15,916 bases of DNA from Okeania sp. (GCF_035285525.1 NZ_JAYKGW010000118.1:1-15916); one strand, 5' to 3'; shown: positions 7,159 through 15,193, numbered from the stretch's first letter. Program-made: numbers and translations. Notes: generated from the letters alone by a model not told the origin.

Positions 7159-7247
7159 TAGAAACCCGGTTTCTTTTAGAAACGGGGTTTCTGGGTCTCT
7201 GAGAAACGGGGTTTCTGGGTCTTTTAGAAACGGGGTTTCTGGGTCTC
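7159..7247. repeat. 24-bp tandem array: 3 full copies plus a 17-bp variant head copy, each with an internal palindrome
   Basis: Units at 7176-7199, 7200-7223 and 7224-7247 read t[t/g]AGAAACGGGGTTTCTGGGTCT[c/t]. The variant tAGAAACCCGGTTTCTt lies at 7159-7175. The core palindrome is AGAAAC-ggg-GTTTCT. There are no spacers. Confidence 0.9.
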
Positions 7248-7277
7248 AGGTATATTATAAGAAACTCTGCACTTCTA

Positions 7278-7312
7278 CTGTTCCCTGTTCCCTGTTCCCT
7301 GTTCCCTTATTC
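7278..7312. repeat. Heptamer array (CTGTTCC) x4 plus a degenerate unit, abutting the rfbB stop codon
   Basis: Read directly. Confidence 0.9.
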
Positions 7313-8386
7313 TTAAACACTCGCATAAACTTTTTTATAGTAAGCTTGATACTCTTCAGATAATAATGGTTCCCACCAATTTCGATTATACAAAAACCAT
7401 TCTACTGTTCGACGTAAACCTTCTTCAACAGTTACTGAAGGTTCCCAACCTAATTCAGTTTTAATTTTTGTCGCATCAATAGCGTAACGTCTATCGTGTC
7501 CTGGTCTATCCTTGACAAAAGTAATTAATTTTTCACAAGGTTTTACTGGTAAATCATTTGCTAATTCATCCATAATTTGACACAACATTCTCACTAAATC
7601 AATATTTTTTACTTCATTATTTCCACCAACATTATAAGTCTCTCCTGGTTTACCTTTATGAATTACTGTATCTAATGCCCGACAATGATCTATTACATAT
7701 AACCAGTCTCGAATATTCTGCCCATCTCCATAAACTGGTAATTGTTTTCCTAATAACATATTGATGCACATTAAAGGTATTAATTTCTCAGGAAAATGAT
7801 AAGGTCCGTAATTATTAGAACAATTTGTAATGACTGTCGGCACACCATAAGTATGATAGTAAGCTCTGGCAAAATGGTCACTTCCTGCTTTTGATGCAGA
7901 ATAAGGACTATTGGGAGCATAAGGTGTCGTTTCTGTAAAGGCAGGCTCTTCAGAATTTAAGCTACCATAAACTTCATCGGTTGATACATGGAGAAATATA
8001 CACTTACGGTCTGGATTTTGGGCAAGAGTCCGATAATGATTTCTGAATGCTTCTAATAGGGTAAAAGTACCTACAACATTGGTTTGAAGAAAAGCTCCTG
8101 GTCCTAATATTGATCTATCTACATGAGATTCGGCGGCAAAGTGGGCTACTGTATCTATATCCTCTTCCTGAAGGATGCTATCTACTAGAGAGCGATCGCA
8201 AATATCTCCTTGGACAAAACGAAAATTTTGCCTGTCTTCTAAATCGGCTAAAGTTTTCTGGTTACCAGCATAAGTTAGAGCGTCTAGTACAACTACTCGG
8301 TGGTTAGGGTAGGTCTTACACCAATAATGGGTAAAATTAGAGCCAATAAACCCAGCACCCCCAGTTATCAACAATTTAGTTTCCAT
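7313..8386 (-). CDS. rfbB: dTDP-glucose 4,6-dehydratase
   Basis: 357 aa. It has the Rossmann motif TGGAGFIGSNF, the SDR catalytic STDEVYG and YSASKAGSDH, and length and C-terminus typical of RmlB. Confidence 0.95.
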   Translation of the reverse strand: METKLLITGGAGFIGSNFTHYWCKTYPNHRVVVLDALTYAGNQKTLADLEDRQNFRFVQGDICDRSLVDSILQEEDIDTVAHFAAESHVDRSILGPGAFLQTNVVGTFTLLEAFRNHYRTLAQNPDRKCIFLHVSTDEVYGSLNSEEPAFTETTPYAPNSPYSASKAGSDHFARAYYHTYGVPTVITNCSNNYGPYHFPEKLIPLMCINMLLGKQLPVYGDGQNIRDWLYVIDHCRALDTVIHKGKPGETYNVGGNNEVKNIDLVRMLCQIMDELANDLPVKPCEKLITFVKDRPGHDRRYAIDATKIKTELGWEPSVTVEEGLRRTVEWFLYNRNWWEPLLSEEYQAYYKKVYASV

Positions 8387-8873
8387 AATTTTTATCCCAT
8401 AAATTAAGTAATATTATTGTCAGCATTTCCTGCGGAATGCTGCGCAAACAAAAAAGCTTTCCCTGGATTATTATGCGCCAAAAAATACATAAAAGTAATA
8501 ACTTGCTAAATTTAGCTGATCATCTTTTTCCTATCGGACTTTTAATTCTCTTTGAAGACTAATTTCTCTGAGGGTAAACTCATCTTAACAATCATTGACA
8601 AATGGTATCTTTTATTATCCTGTTCCCCTGAAAGGTTTTTAGGTTAATTTAGTAACAAAAATACATTCTGATTGTTAAGTAAGAAAACTGATAATATGAA
8701 AATTCTCTGATATTTCTAATTCCTTGAAAATCTTTGACTGCAAGGTAGGTTATAAAAATATTTATTTGTCAATAATATTTTAGATGAACTTGCCCTGTAA
8801 TTCCTCTTTTAGCTGATGGCTAAATGCTTACAAATTATCAAATTTAACCAATATTTCCTGTGAGGAAAAAATA

Positions 8874-10715
8874 ATGAGTCAGAAAGAAATATTAACACGA
8901 GCAAAACAAGGCGACCCCACAGCCATTAATTTTTTAATTAATCAAGCATTAAATAGTATAGGAATTAAAGCTAAGACTAAGATTCAAAATAATAATCTGC
9001 ATATTTTACTGGAAGCTGCTGAACTGCCAGATCGAGAAATTTGTATTAAGGTTATTCATCGGGGAATGAAGGAATTAAAAGTACCATCAATTGATTTTGT
9101 TGATATTTATGGGCGAAGATTAGGTGATAAAATTCCTGAGTGGACAGAAGTAATTGAATTATCTCAACAAACAACTTATCATTCAGAGGAAGTAGGAGAA
9201 ATTTCGAGGGAAAAAGAAAATACAAATTATTCCCAAGAATCTTCTACAATGATTGTAAATGACTTATCTAAAAAAGCAACTTTATCTAATCCAGAAATAA
9301 TTCAGAAAAAATCAAAAAAGGAAGTAGATGGTTCTGTTATTTCTCTGAATAAATCTGCTAGAAAAAAAAGTAAATTCGCCACAACAAAAAAATTATTTTC
9401 TCCAGAGCAGATTTATCGACGATTTTCATATAAACAATACAAATTTATTGGGTTATTAGGAACTGCAATTACTATAGTATTAGTTCCTATTTACGCTTTG
9501 GTTGTTAATTCTCAACCTAGGAAGTTAAACAATATTTTTTCAAATACTTCTCAACTACCAAAAATAAGTCAGCCAAATACTTCAGTAGCGGAAGTTAGTC
9601 AGTCAGTTACAGCAACTATACCTACTCCCAAAACTATACAAAATTCCCAAATTAAACCAACTGATTTTTCGGGAACCGTAAATAAAGTTAATTTATCAGA
9701 AGTTTCTGAGGTTATTCTATCATCAATTAAATCTCCAGTAAATTCTGATAATTTAATTACTATTAAAGCTGTTGGTGATATTATTCCAGGTACTAATTAT
9801 CCTCAGAATAAATTACATCCAAGAAAACAAGAATTATTTGCATCGGTAAAACCTCTTTTGCAAGATGCGGATATTGTATTTGGTAATTTTGAAAGTACCT
9901 TAACAAGTTATCCTAATAGTCGTAAAAGCATGGGAAGTGGTAAGGTATTTGCTTTTAGAACTCCACCAGATTATAGAGATTTATTAAAAGATGCTGGTTT
10001 TAATGTTTTAAGTGTGGCGAATAATCATTCTTTTGATTTTTTCAAACAAGGTTTTGAGGATACAATTACTAATATTGAAAGTGTAGAAATGCAGGCAGTT
10101 GGTAAAAAAGGAGAGATTATTTATCGGCAAGTTAAAGGAGTTAATATAGGGTTTATTGCTTTTAGTAATTATGATTATCATAATTCTATGCTTGATTTAG
10201 ATTCTGCTAAAAAACTTGTGCAGGAAGCGGATAAAAATGCAGATATTATTGTTATTTCTGTTCATGCTGGTGCTGAGGGAAGTGGTGCTTTAAGAGTTAG
10301 GAATAAAACTGAATATTTTTTCGGTGAAAATCGTGGAAATAAGGTTTTATTTGCCCATGAATTAATTGATGAAGGTGCTGATTTAGTATTAGGTCACGGT
10401 CCTCATGTACCTAGAGCGATGGAGGTTTATCAAGGAAAGTTAATTGCTTATTCTTTAGGAAATTTTATGGGTTATCGTACATTATCTACTCAAGGAAATT
10501 TGGGATATTCTTTGGTTTTAGAGTTAGATATTAATTATAAAGGAGATTTTGTTTCTGGGAAAATTTTGCCTGTTCATTTGAATAGTAAAGGTATTCCTTA
10601 TGATGATAAAAAATTAGGTCGGAGTATTAAGTTAATTCGGGAGTTAACAAAGAAAGATTTTCCGAATACAATGTTAGAAATTGATGGTGAAGGGAGATTA
10701 AAAAATCCAAGGTAA
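8874..10715 (+). CDS. CapA/PGA_cap-family metallophosphatase domain protein with a long N-terminal extension (soluble domain, Lys/Ser-rich linker, one TM helix)
   Basis: The C-terminal ~320 aa carry CapA motifs: AVGDIIPG, FGNFES, VANNHSFDF, SVHAGAEG, LGHGPHV, YSLGNF. A TM helix FIGLLGTAITIVLVPIYALVV spans aa 191-211. Confidence 0.85.
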   Translation: MSQKEILTRAKQGDPTAINFLINQALNSIGIKAKTKIQNNNLHILLEAAELPDREICIKVIHRGMKELKVPSIDFVDIYGRRLGDKIPEWTEVIELSQQTTYHSEEVGEISREKENTNYSQESSTMIVNDLSKKATLSNPEIIQKKSKKEVDGSVISLNKSARKKSKFATTKKLFSPEQIYRRFSYKQYKFIGLLGTAITIVLVPIYALVVNSQPRKLNNIFSNTSQLPKISQPNTSVAEVSQSVTATIPTPKTIQNSQIKPTDFSGTVNKVNLSEVSEVILSSIKSPVNSDNLITIKAVGDIIPGTNYPQNKLHPRKQELFASVKPLLQDADIVFGNFESTLTSYPNSRKSMGSGKVFAFRTPPDYRDLLKDAGFNVLSVANNHSFDFFKQGFEDTITNIESVEMQAVGKKGEIIYRQVKGVNIGFIAFSNYDYHNSMLDLDSAKKLVQEADKNADIIVISVHAGAEGSGALRVRNKTEYFFGENRGNKVLFAHELIDEGADLVLGHGPHVPRAMEVYQGKLIAYSLGNFMGYRTLSTQGNLGYSLVLELDINYKGDFVSGKILPVHLNSKGIPYDDKKLGRSIKLIRELTKKDFPNTMLEIDGEGRLKNPR

Positions 10716-10812
10716 GTATTAAAGCGCATTTTAGTTTTTAAGAAAATTAAAATTTATCACTATAATAAATGGAGAACAAGAAATAGGGGATATAAAAAAA
10801 GTATTTTTACCG

Positions 10813-10876
10813 AATAATTAAATAATTAAATAATTAAATAATTAAATAATTAAATAATTAAATAATTAAATAATTA
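10813..10876. repeat. Octamer tandem array (AATAATTA) x8
   Basis: Read directly. It lies in the convergent spacer between the CapA-like and acyltransferase genes. Confidence 0.95.
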
Positions 10877-11017
10877 ATGCCTTGAAGTCTCCCCCTTTAA
10901 AGGAGAAAAAATTTACTTTTTTCCTTTTATTCAATCCTCTTCCTTTTAGGGAAAGGTAATTACCAATTATCAATTATTGAAAAATATTATATCCACCCAA
11001 ATATTAAGCAGTTAGCA

Positions 11018-12058
11018 TTAGAGTTTTTGCTTATGATTAGTTATAAAAAATTCATCAAAATCCTTTTCACTTCCCAATAATATTGCTCTAGTTAAGGAAA
11101 AACGAATAATAATTATATAACTAATAAAAGATAACGTTGTTCCAAGAATGAATACTATAAAATTAGAAGAAAAGACTCCTAAATTTAAGAACCTTAAAAA
11201 ATCGCGGAATACTATGTGCAGGAATAAAATAATCATTGATGCTTTTCCTAATGCAGTAAAAATTTTAGCTACCAAAGGAACTCTTTCAACTAACAACTTA
11301 GAAACATCAATACAAAATATAATCATTCCCAGTGCCAACAATAAACTAATTATTGGTATTCCATAATTAGCTCCTTTCATATCATAATCTACAGAGAAAA
11401 ATTGATTGGGGAATTGCCTAGAATAGAAAAAAATTAGCCACCAAGAAATAATAACTGATGGAATAGAAATCAAATAATAGTTTCGTTCTCTATAGTATTT
11501 TCTAAATAGAAACCCAAGTAAAAATAAAGGAATAGCAGCTAAGGCAATATGAGCATTCTGAGGTAACCAAAATTTCGGGAACACTAAAGAATTTAAGTAG
11601 CTTAAAGCTATTAGAAAAATTATGTAGAATTTTAGATGATTGGGATTAGCTTTTTTTATTATTAAATTTGCCAGTTGTTGAGTAATAAAAAAACAAGTAA
11701 CAAACCAAAAAGCAGAAGTTAGTCCCCATAAATGATATCCCCCTACAATAGGATTAATAATTAACTTAAGAATATCAACAAAAGAAAAATTATCTTTTTG
11801 GGGAAGGGCTGTAATTAGTTGTATTGGATATAGTAGAATTACAAAAGAAATATAAGGAACAATTAAGTGAATTAATTTCTTTTTCAGATACTCTCGGTTA
11901 TTGTATTTTGATGAGTAAAGAAATCCACCAATACAGAAAAAAAGTGGCATATGAAATATAAAAATTATTTCTTTAATTGCTCCGCCGTAAATATGACCAG
12001 CAACTACGGTACAAATTCCAATTCCTTTTAAAGTGTCAATCCATTCAAATCGTTTCAT
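11018..12058 (-). CDS. Acyltransferase family 3 (OafA/YrhL-like) integral membrane O-acyltransferase
   Basis: 346 aa and polytopic. The N-terminal signature is RFEWIDTLKGIGICTVVAGH, followed by about 10 hydrophobic helices. The gene is visibly more AT-rich than its neighbours. Confidence 0.8.
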   Translation of the reverse strand: MKRFEWIDTLKGIGICTVVAGHIYGGAIKEIIFIFHMPLFFCIGGFLYSSKYNNREYLKKKLIHLIVPYISFVILLYPIQLITALPQKDNFSFVDILKLIINPIVGGYHLWGLTSAFWFVTCFFITQQLANLIIKKANPNHLKFYIIFLIALSYLNSLVFPKFWLPQNAHIALAAIPLFLLGFLFRKYYRERNYYLISIPSVIISWWLIFFYSRQFPNQFFSVDYDMKGANYGIPIISLLLALGMIIFCIDVSKLLVERVPLVAKIFTALGKASMIILFLHIVFRDFLRFLNLGVFSSNFIVFILGTTLSFISYIIIIRFSLTRAILLGSEKDFDEFFITNHKQKL

Positions 12059-12109
12059 ATTAAAAATTATTAATTTTATTGATATTTAGGTTTAAGTATA
12101 ACACCAATT

Positions 12110-12982
12110 TTAAAAAATGCAAATAGTACTGTTTACCCATTGTCTAGTTCCGAAATATTGACAAGAATGAGCAGCAATATTAGCAGCATTTGCTAAAGCT
12201 TTTGTAAATTTTCTATCAAAAATATAGTGACAAAATGCTCCATGAAAAATATCACCAGCACCTAAAGTATCAACAGCATTAATTTTCGGAACTTCCACAT
12301 TTCCAAACTTACCTTGACTCAAATATTTGATAGGTTTTTCCCCTTGAGTAATGGCAATATTGGGAATATTTAGACTTTCTAAATAGGCAAAAACTGACTC
12401 TTGACTTTCACAGTTAGGAGGATAAAAATTAGCTGAACAAATAGCATAATCAACAAAAGGTAAAATTTCCTCAAATCCTGGTTTCCAACTACCTCCATCT
12501 ATGACAATAGGAATATTTTTTGACTTAGCAAATTGAGCAATTTCCAGACTTGCTGCTATTTGATGACCGTCAATTAAAACAATATCAATATTATCAATAA
12601 TTTCTGGAAAAATAAGTTCTTTTGAAATTTGAGACTTCGTAGCATTAATAGAAATAACCGCGCGATCGCCTGTATCTTGAGTAGTAATAATTGATGAAAC
12701 TGGTGGTGGTTCGGAACGATTTTTATCTAAGTCTTGGATTGTCACATTATGCTTTTCTAAATCTGCTTTAATTAGATTAGTTATGGGATGATTTCCTAAT
12801 CCACAGAGAAGAGTTGTTTGATTATTAAAGTAGCTAAATGTTACGGCTGCATTTGTAGCAGGACCTCCAGCAGTAATAGTATAATTATTAGCAACAACTT
12901 TTTGATTTTTCTCAGGATAATTGGTTGTCATATAAGTTAAATCTAAAGTAATTAATCCAATAAAAAGTCCGGTTTTAGTCAT
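12110..12982 (-). CDS. PfkB-family carbohydrate kinase (ribokinase-like)
   Basis: GGPATNAA motif near the N-terminus and DTLGAGDIFHGAF near the C-terminus. I prefer the start ATG at 12982 (MTKTGLFIG...). The track ORF continues to 13060 only by reading through a heptamer array. Confidence 0.85.
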   Translation of the reverse strand: MTKTGLFIGLITLDLTYMTTNYPEKNQKVVANNYTITAGGPATNAAVTFSYFNNQTTLLCGLGNHPITNLIKADLEKHNVTIQDLDKNRSEPPPVSSIITTQDTGDRAVISINATKSQISKELIFPEIIDNIDIVLIDGHQIAASLEIAQFAKSKNIPIVIDGGSWKPGFEEILPFVDYAICSANFYPPNCESQESVFAYLESLNIPNIAITQGEKPIKYLSQGKFGNVEVPKINAVDTLGAGDIFHGAFCHYIFDRKFTKALANAANIAAHSCQYFGTRQWVNSTICIF

Positions 12983-13007
12983 AATAAAAGAAGAAAATAG
13001 GTATGGA

Positions 13008-13121
13008 GGGAATAGGGAACAGGAAAGAATAATTGATAATTGATAATTAATCCTCAGCATTCAGCCTTCAGCTATTAATAATAAGAAGCTGATAGCTGAC
13101 TGCTAATAGCGAAATGCTTAC
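13008..13121. repeat. Mosaic of degenerate heptamers held in one 7-nt phase
   Basis: The order is gggaata, gggaaca, ggaaaga, ataattg x2, ataatta, atcctca, gcattca, gccttca, gctatta, ..., atagctg, actgcta, atagcga, aatgctt. The last 28-30 nt recur at 14236-14265, and a version one heptamer shorter recurs at 8810-8830. Confidence 0.8.
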
Positions 13122-14041
13122 TAACGTTTATCCAACCAAATTTGTAAATTTTCCAAACTATTAAAATCTAAAATATCCTCCGTTAAACTTTCCAAATCAT
13201 CTAAAACTAAGTTTTCAATTTGATTACTTATTGTGGCTGGAATTTTGCCAAAACGCTTTTTTAATAAACCCATAACTAGAGTGATCGCTTGTTTTAAACG
13301 TCCTTTTTTTTCTCCTTGTTCTTCGGCATAAATTATTCGCCCTCTTTCATCTTGCATTGCTATTGCTCGACGCTCAACTATATCTAATTCTTTTCTACTT
13401 AGATTAATTATATTAGCAATATATAAAGCTTTTTCTATTTCAGAAACTTCCCCTAAATTTTCAGGAATACTATCAAATCTGTTAGCCTCTTTCAGAAAAT
13501 ATATCCATTTATCAGTCAAACTGTTTAAGTCTGATAAAACTTTCTTAAATTTAGGCAATTCTACAAAAATTAATTGCAATTGTTTGTCGAGACATTCAAA
13601 ATTTTTCTTCTCTTCCTTAAACACAAATTTATTGATAAAATTCTTAGGCTTTTCAAACAGAATAAAATCTGTAATTGTGACAGCTATAGCTGGATTTAAT
13701 AGGAGATAATCTTCTCCTGTTTCTAACTGATTTGCATAAGCTTTAGCTAAGTTATAAGCTACTCTTTTATTGAAACCTGCCATTCTAGCGACTTGCATTT
13801 CAATAACTACAATTTAGTCGTCTGCTAAAACTGCTTTGATATCTAAATATGTATCCTTTAAACTGATTAATTGACCAGGATTATAAGGGTTAAGAATTGT
13901 CAGAGATTTAATGACTTTTTTACCTTCATAAATTATAGCATTGAGAAAGCTAATTAATATGTCTTGACTTTGCTCAGAGCCAAAAATTTTTTGAAAGGCA
14001 TAATCGACTTTGGGGTTGATAAATTTCATGGTAGTTTTCAT
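13121..14041 (-). pseudogene. Rpn-family recombination-promoting nuclease / PD-(D/E)XK putative transposase (PDDEXK_2 with a DUF4351-like tail), interrupted by one in-frame TAA
   Basis: The N-terminal fragment is MKFINPKVDYAFQKIFGSEQSQDILISFLNAII...DTYLDIKAVLADD. The C-terminal fragment continues in the same frame as IVVIEMQVARMAGFNKRVAYNLAKAYANQL...LLNPAIAVTITDF. The only disruption is the TAA at 13814-13816. Confidence 0.8.
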
Positions 14042-14346
14042 ATAGTTTTATATTAGACAATTTTGAACATGGTTTATAATGAACAAGTTGGGCAACTATT
14101 AATTATAGTATATTTCAAAGCTGTATTAATCCAGTCAGAATAAATTTTACTACAAAAGTTTTTCAAGTCTATATTCATTTCAATTATTTCCTTAAAAGTA
14201 GGATATTATTGCTGTTTGCGTAGCATTCCGTAGGAATAGCTGACGGCTAATAGCTAAATGCTTACATATTGTAAAATATAGATTTTTATATGCTATAGTA
14301 ATAGTAAAAAATCAAGTCAAAGAGTATACAAATAAGAAATGATATT

Positions 14347-14580
14347 ATGAACGAAAATACTATTTCTGTAGAAAATGTAATTAAGCAAATAGATTGTATG
14401 AATATCGAGCAGCAATTAGAATTAATTGCTTATATTGCTAATAGAATCCAGCAATATAAATCTTCAAGCAACAAAAAAACTTCTTTAAAAAGTATCATTG
14501 GTAGTGGTAAAGGATGCTTTGCAACTCCAGAAGAAGTAGATAATTTTATTAATAAAGAGCGAGATAAATGGGAATTTTAG
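14347..14580 (+). CDS. Putative type II antitoxin partnering the downstream PIN toxin
   Basis: 77-aa ORF that overlaps the PIN gene by 13 nt (ATG at 14568 lies inside gat aaa tgg gaa ttt tag). The C-terminal tail GKGCFATPEEVDNFINKERDKW resembles cyanobacterial antitoxin tails. Confidence 0.65.
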   Translation: MNENTISVENVIKQIDCMNIEQQLELIAYIANRIQQYKSSSNKKTSLKSIIGSGKGCFATPEEVDNFINKERDKWEF

Positions 14581-15008
14581 AAGCAATCAAAGGAACACAA
14601 ATTTACTTAGATACTAATATCTTGATTTACGCAGTAGAAGGGTATCCTGAATTTCAAGATTTATTAAATGAGTTATTTGAAGCTTTTGATAATGGAAATC
14701 TCAAAGCTATTACTAGCCAATTAACTTTAGCAGAAGTTTTAGTTAAACCATTAATTGAAAATCAAACTGAAATTTGTTTAACTTATGAAAATATTATCCA
14801 AAGTTCGCAAGTTCTGGAAGTAGTACCAATTAATCGAAAAATTCTCATAGAATCAGCTCGGTTAAGAACTTTAATTAATTTAAGATTGCCAGATGCAATT
14901 CATTGTGCAACTGCTATTTTAAATGGATGTGAAACTTTTTTAACTAACGATAAACGCTTAGAGAATATTCCTGGGATTAATGTTCTTATTTTATCTAATT
15001 TGTTATAA
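14568..15008 (+). CDS. vapC: PIN-domain ribonuclease toxin (VapC-like)
   Basis: 146 aa. The four conserved acidic positions are in context: YLDTNILIY, LTLAEVL, LPDAIH, LTNDKRL. Confidence 0.85.
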   Translation: MGILEAIKGTQIYLDTNILIYAVEGYPEFQDLLNELFEAFDNGNLKAITSQLTLAEVLVKPLIENQTEICLTYENIIQSSQVLEVVPINRKILIESARLRTLINLRLPDAIHCATAILNGCETFLTNDKRLENIPGINVLILSNLL

Positions 15009-15193
15009 GTAAATTTATGAAAAATATTCATTTTTACTAAGGTTTTATCCTGCTTAAATTGAGCATTATTAAGACTTACACGGGAGGCACTATATATGAT
15101 ATATATTGGATGATTTCATGTCGTTTATTTTGCATCTTCTCAAGATTGAGAAATGGTATAAGGATATTTATTGGTATACTGTTTCTTAAATTA

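Noticed and set aside
7159-7247. CRISPR array
   Set aside because: The 24-bp units are directly contiguous with no unique spacers, there are only about 3.5 copies, and no cas genes are in the window.
6594-7247. Type III toxin-antitoxin locus (tandem RNA repeats followed by a small toxin gene)
   Set aside because: The downstream 141-aa protein has a typical N-terminal signal peptide and no resemblance to ToxN/AbiQ-type endoribonucleases that I can see. No terminator lies between the repeats and the gene, and about 140 nt of unrelated sequence intervenes. The idea is kept only as a remote possibility in the finding on the 24-bp array.
8110-8307. 65-aa ORF on the plus strand
   Set aside because: It lies antisense within the strongly supported rfbB CDS. 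It is a shadow ORF.
11148-11366. 72-aa ORF on the plus strand
   Set aside because: It lies antisense within the acyltransferase CDS, in very AT-rich sequence where long spurious ORFs are expected.
12983-13060. 26-codon N-terminal extension of the PfkB ORF (MLRINYQLSIILSCSLFPPYLFSSFI)
   Set aside because: Most of this segment (13008-13060) is simply the translation of the heptamer-repeat mosaic. The kinase fold begins right after the internal ATG at 12982 (MTKTGLFIGLITLD).
13814-13816. Programmed recoding (selenocysteine or read-through) at the stop codon inside the Rpn-like gene
   Set aside because: The codon is TAA, not TGA or TAG, and no downstream SECIS-like hairpin was noticed. A nonsense mutation or sequencing error is simpler.
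14262-14274. Palindrome TTACA-tat-TGTAA upstream of the antitoxin gene as a TA operator
   Set aside because: A 5-3-5 AT-rich palindrome is expected by chance in this composition, and it overlaps the end of the heptamer-derived repeat. The evidence is not enough to call a site.
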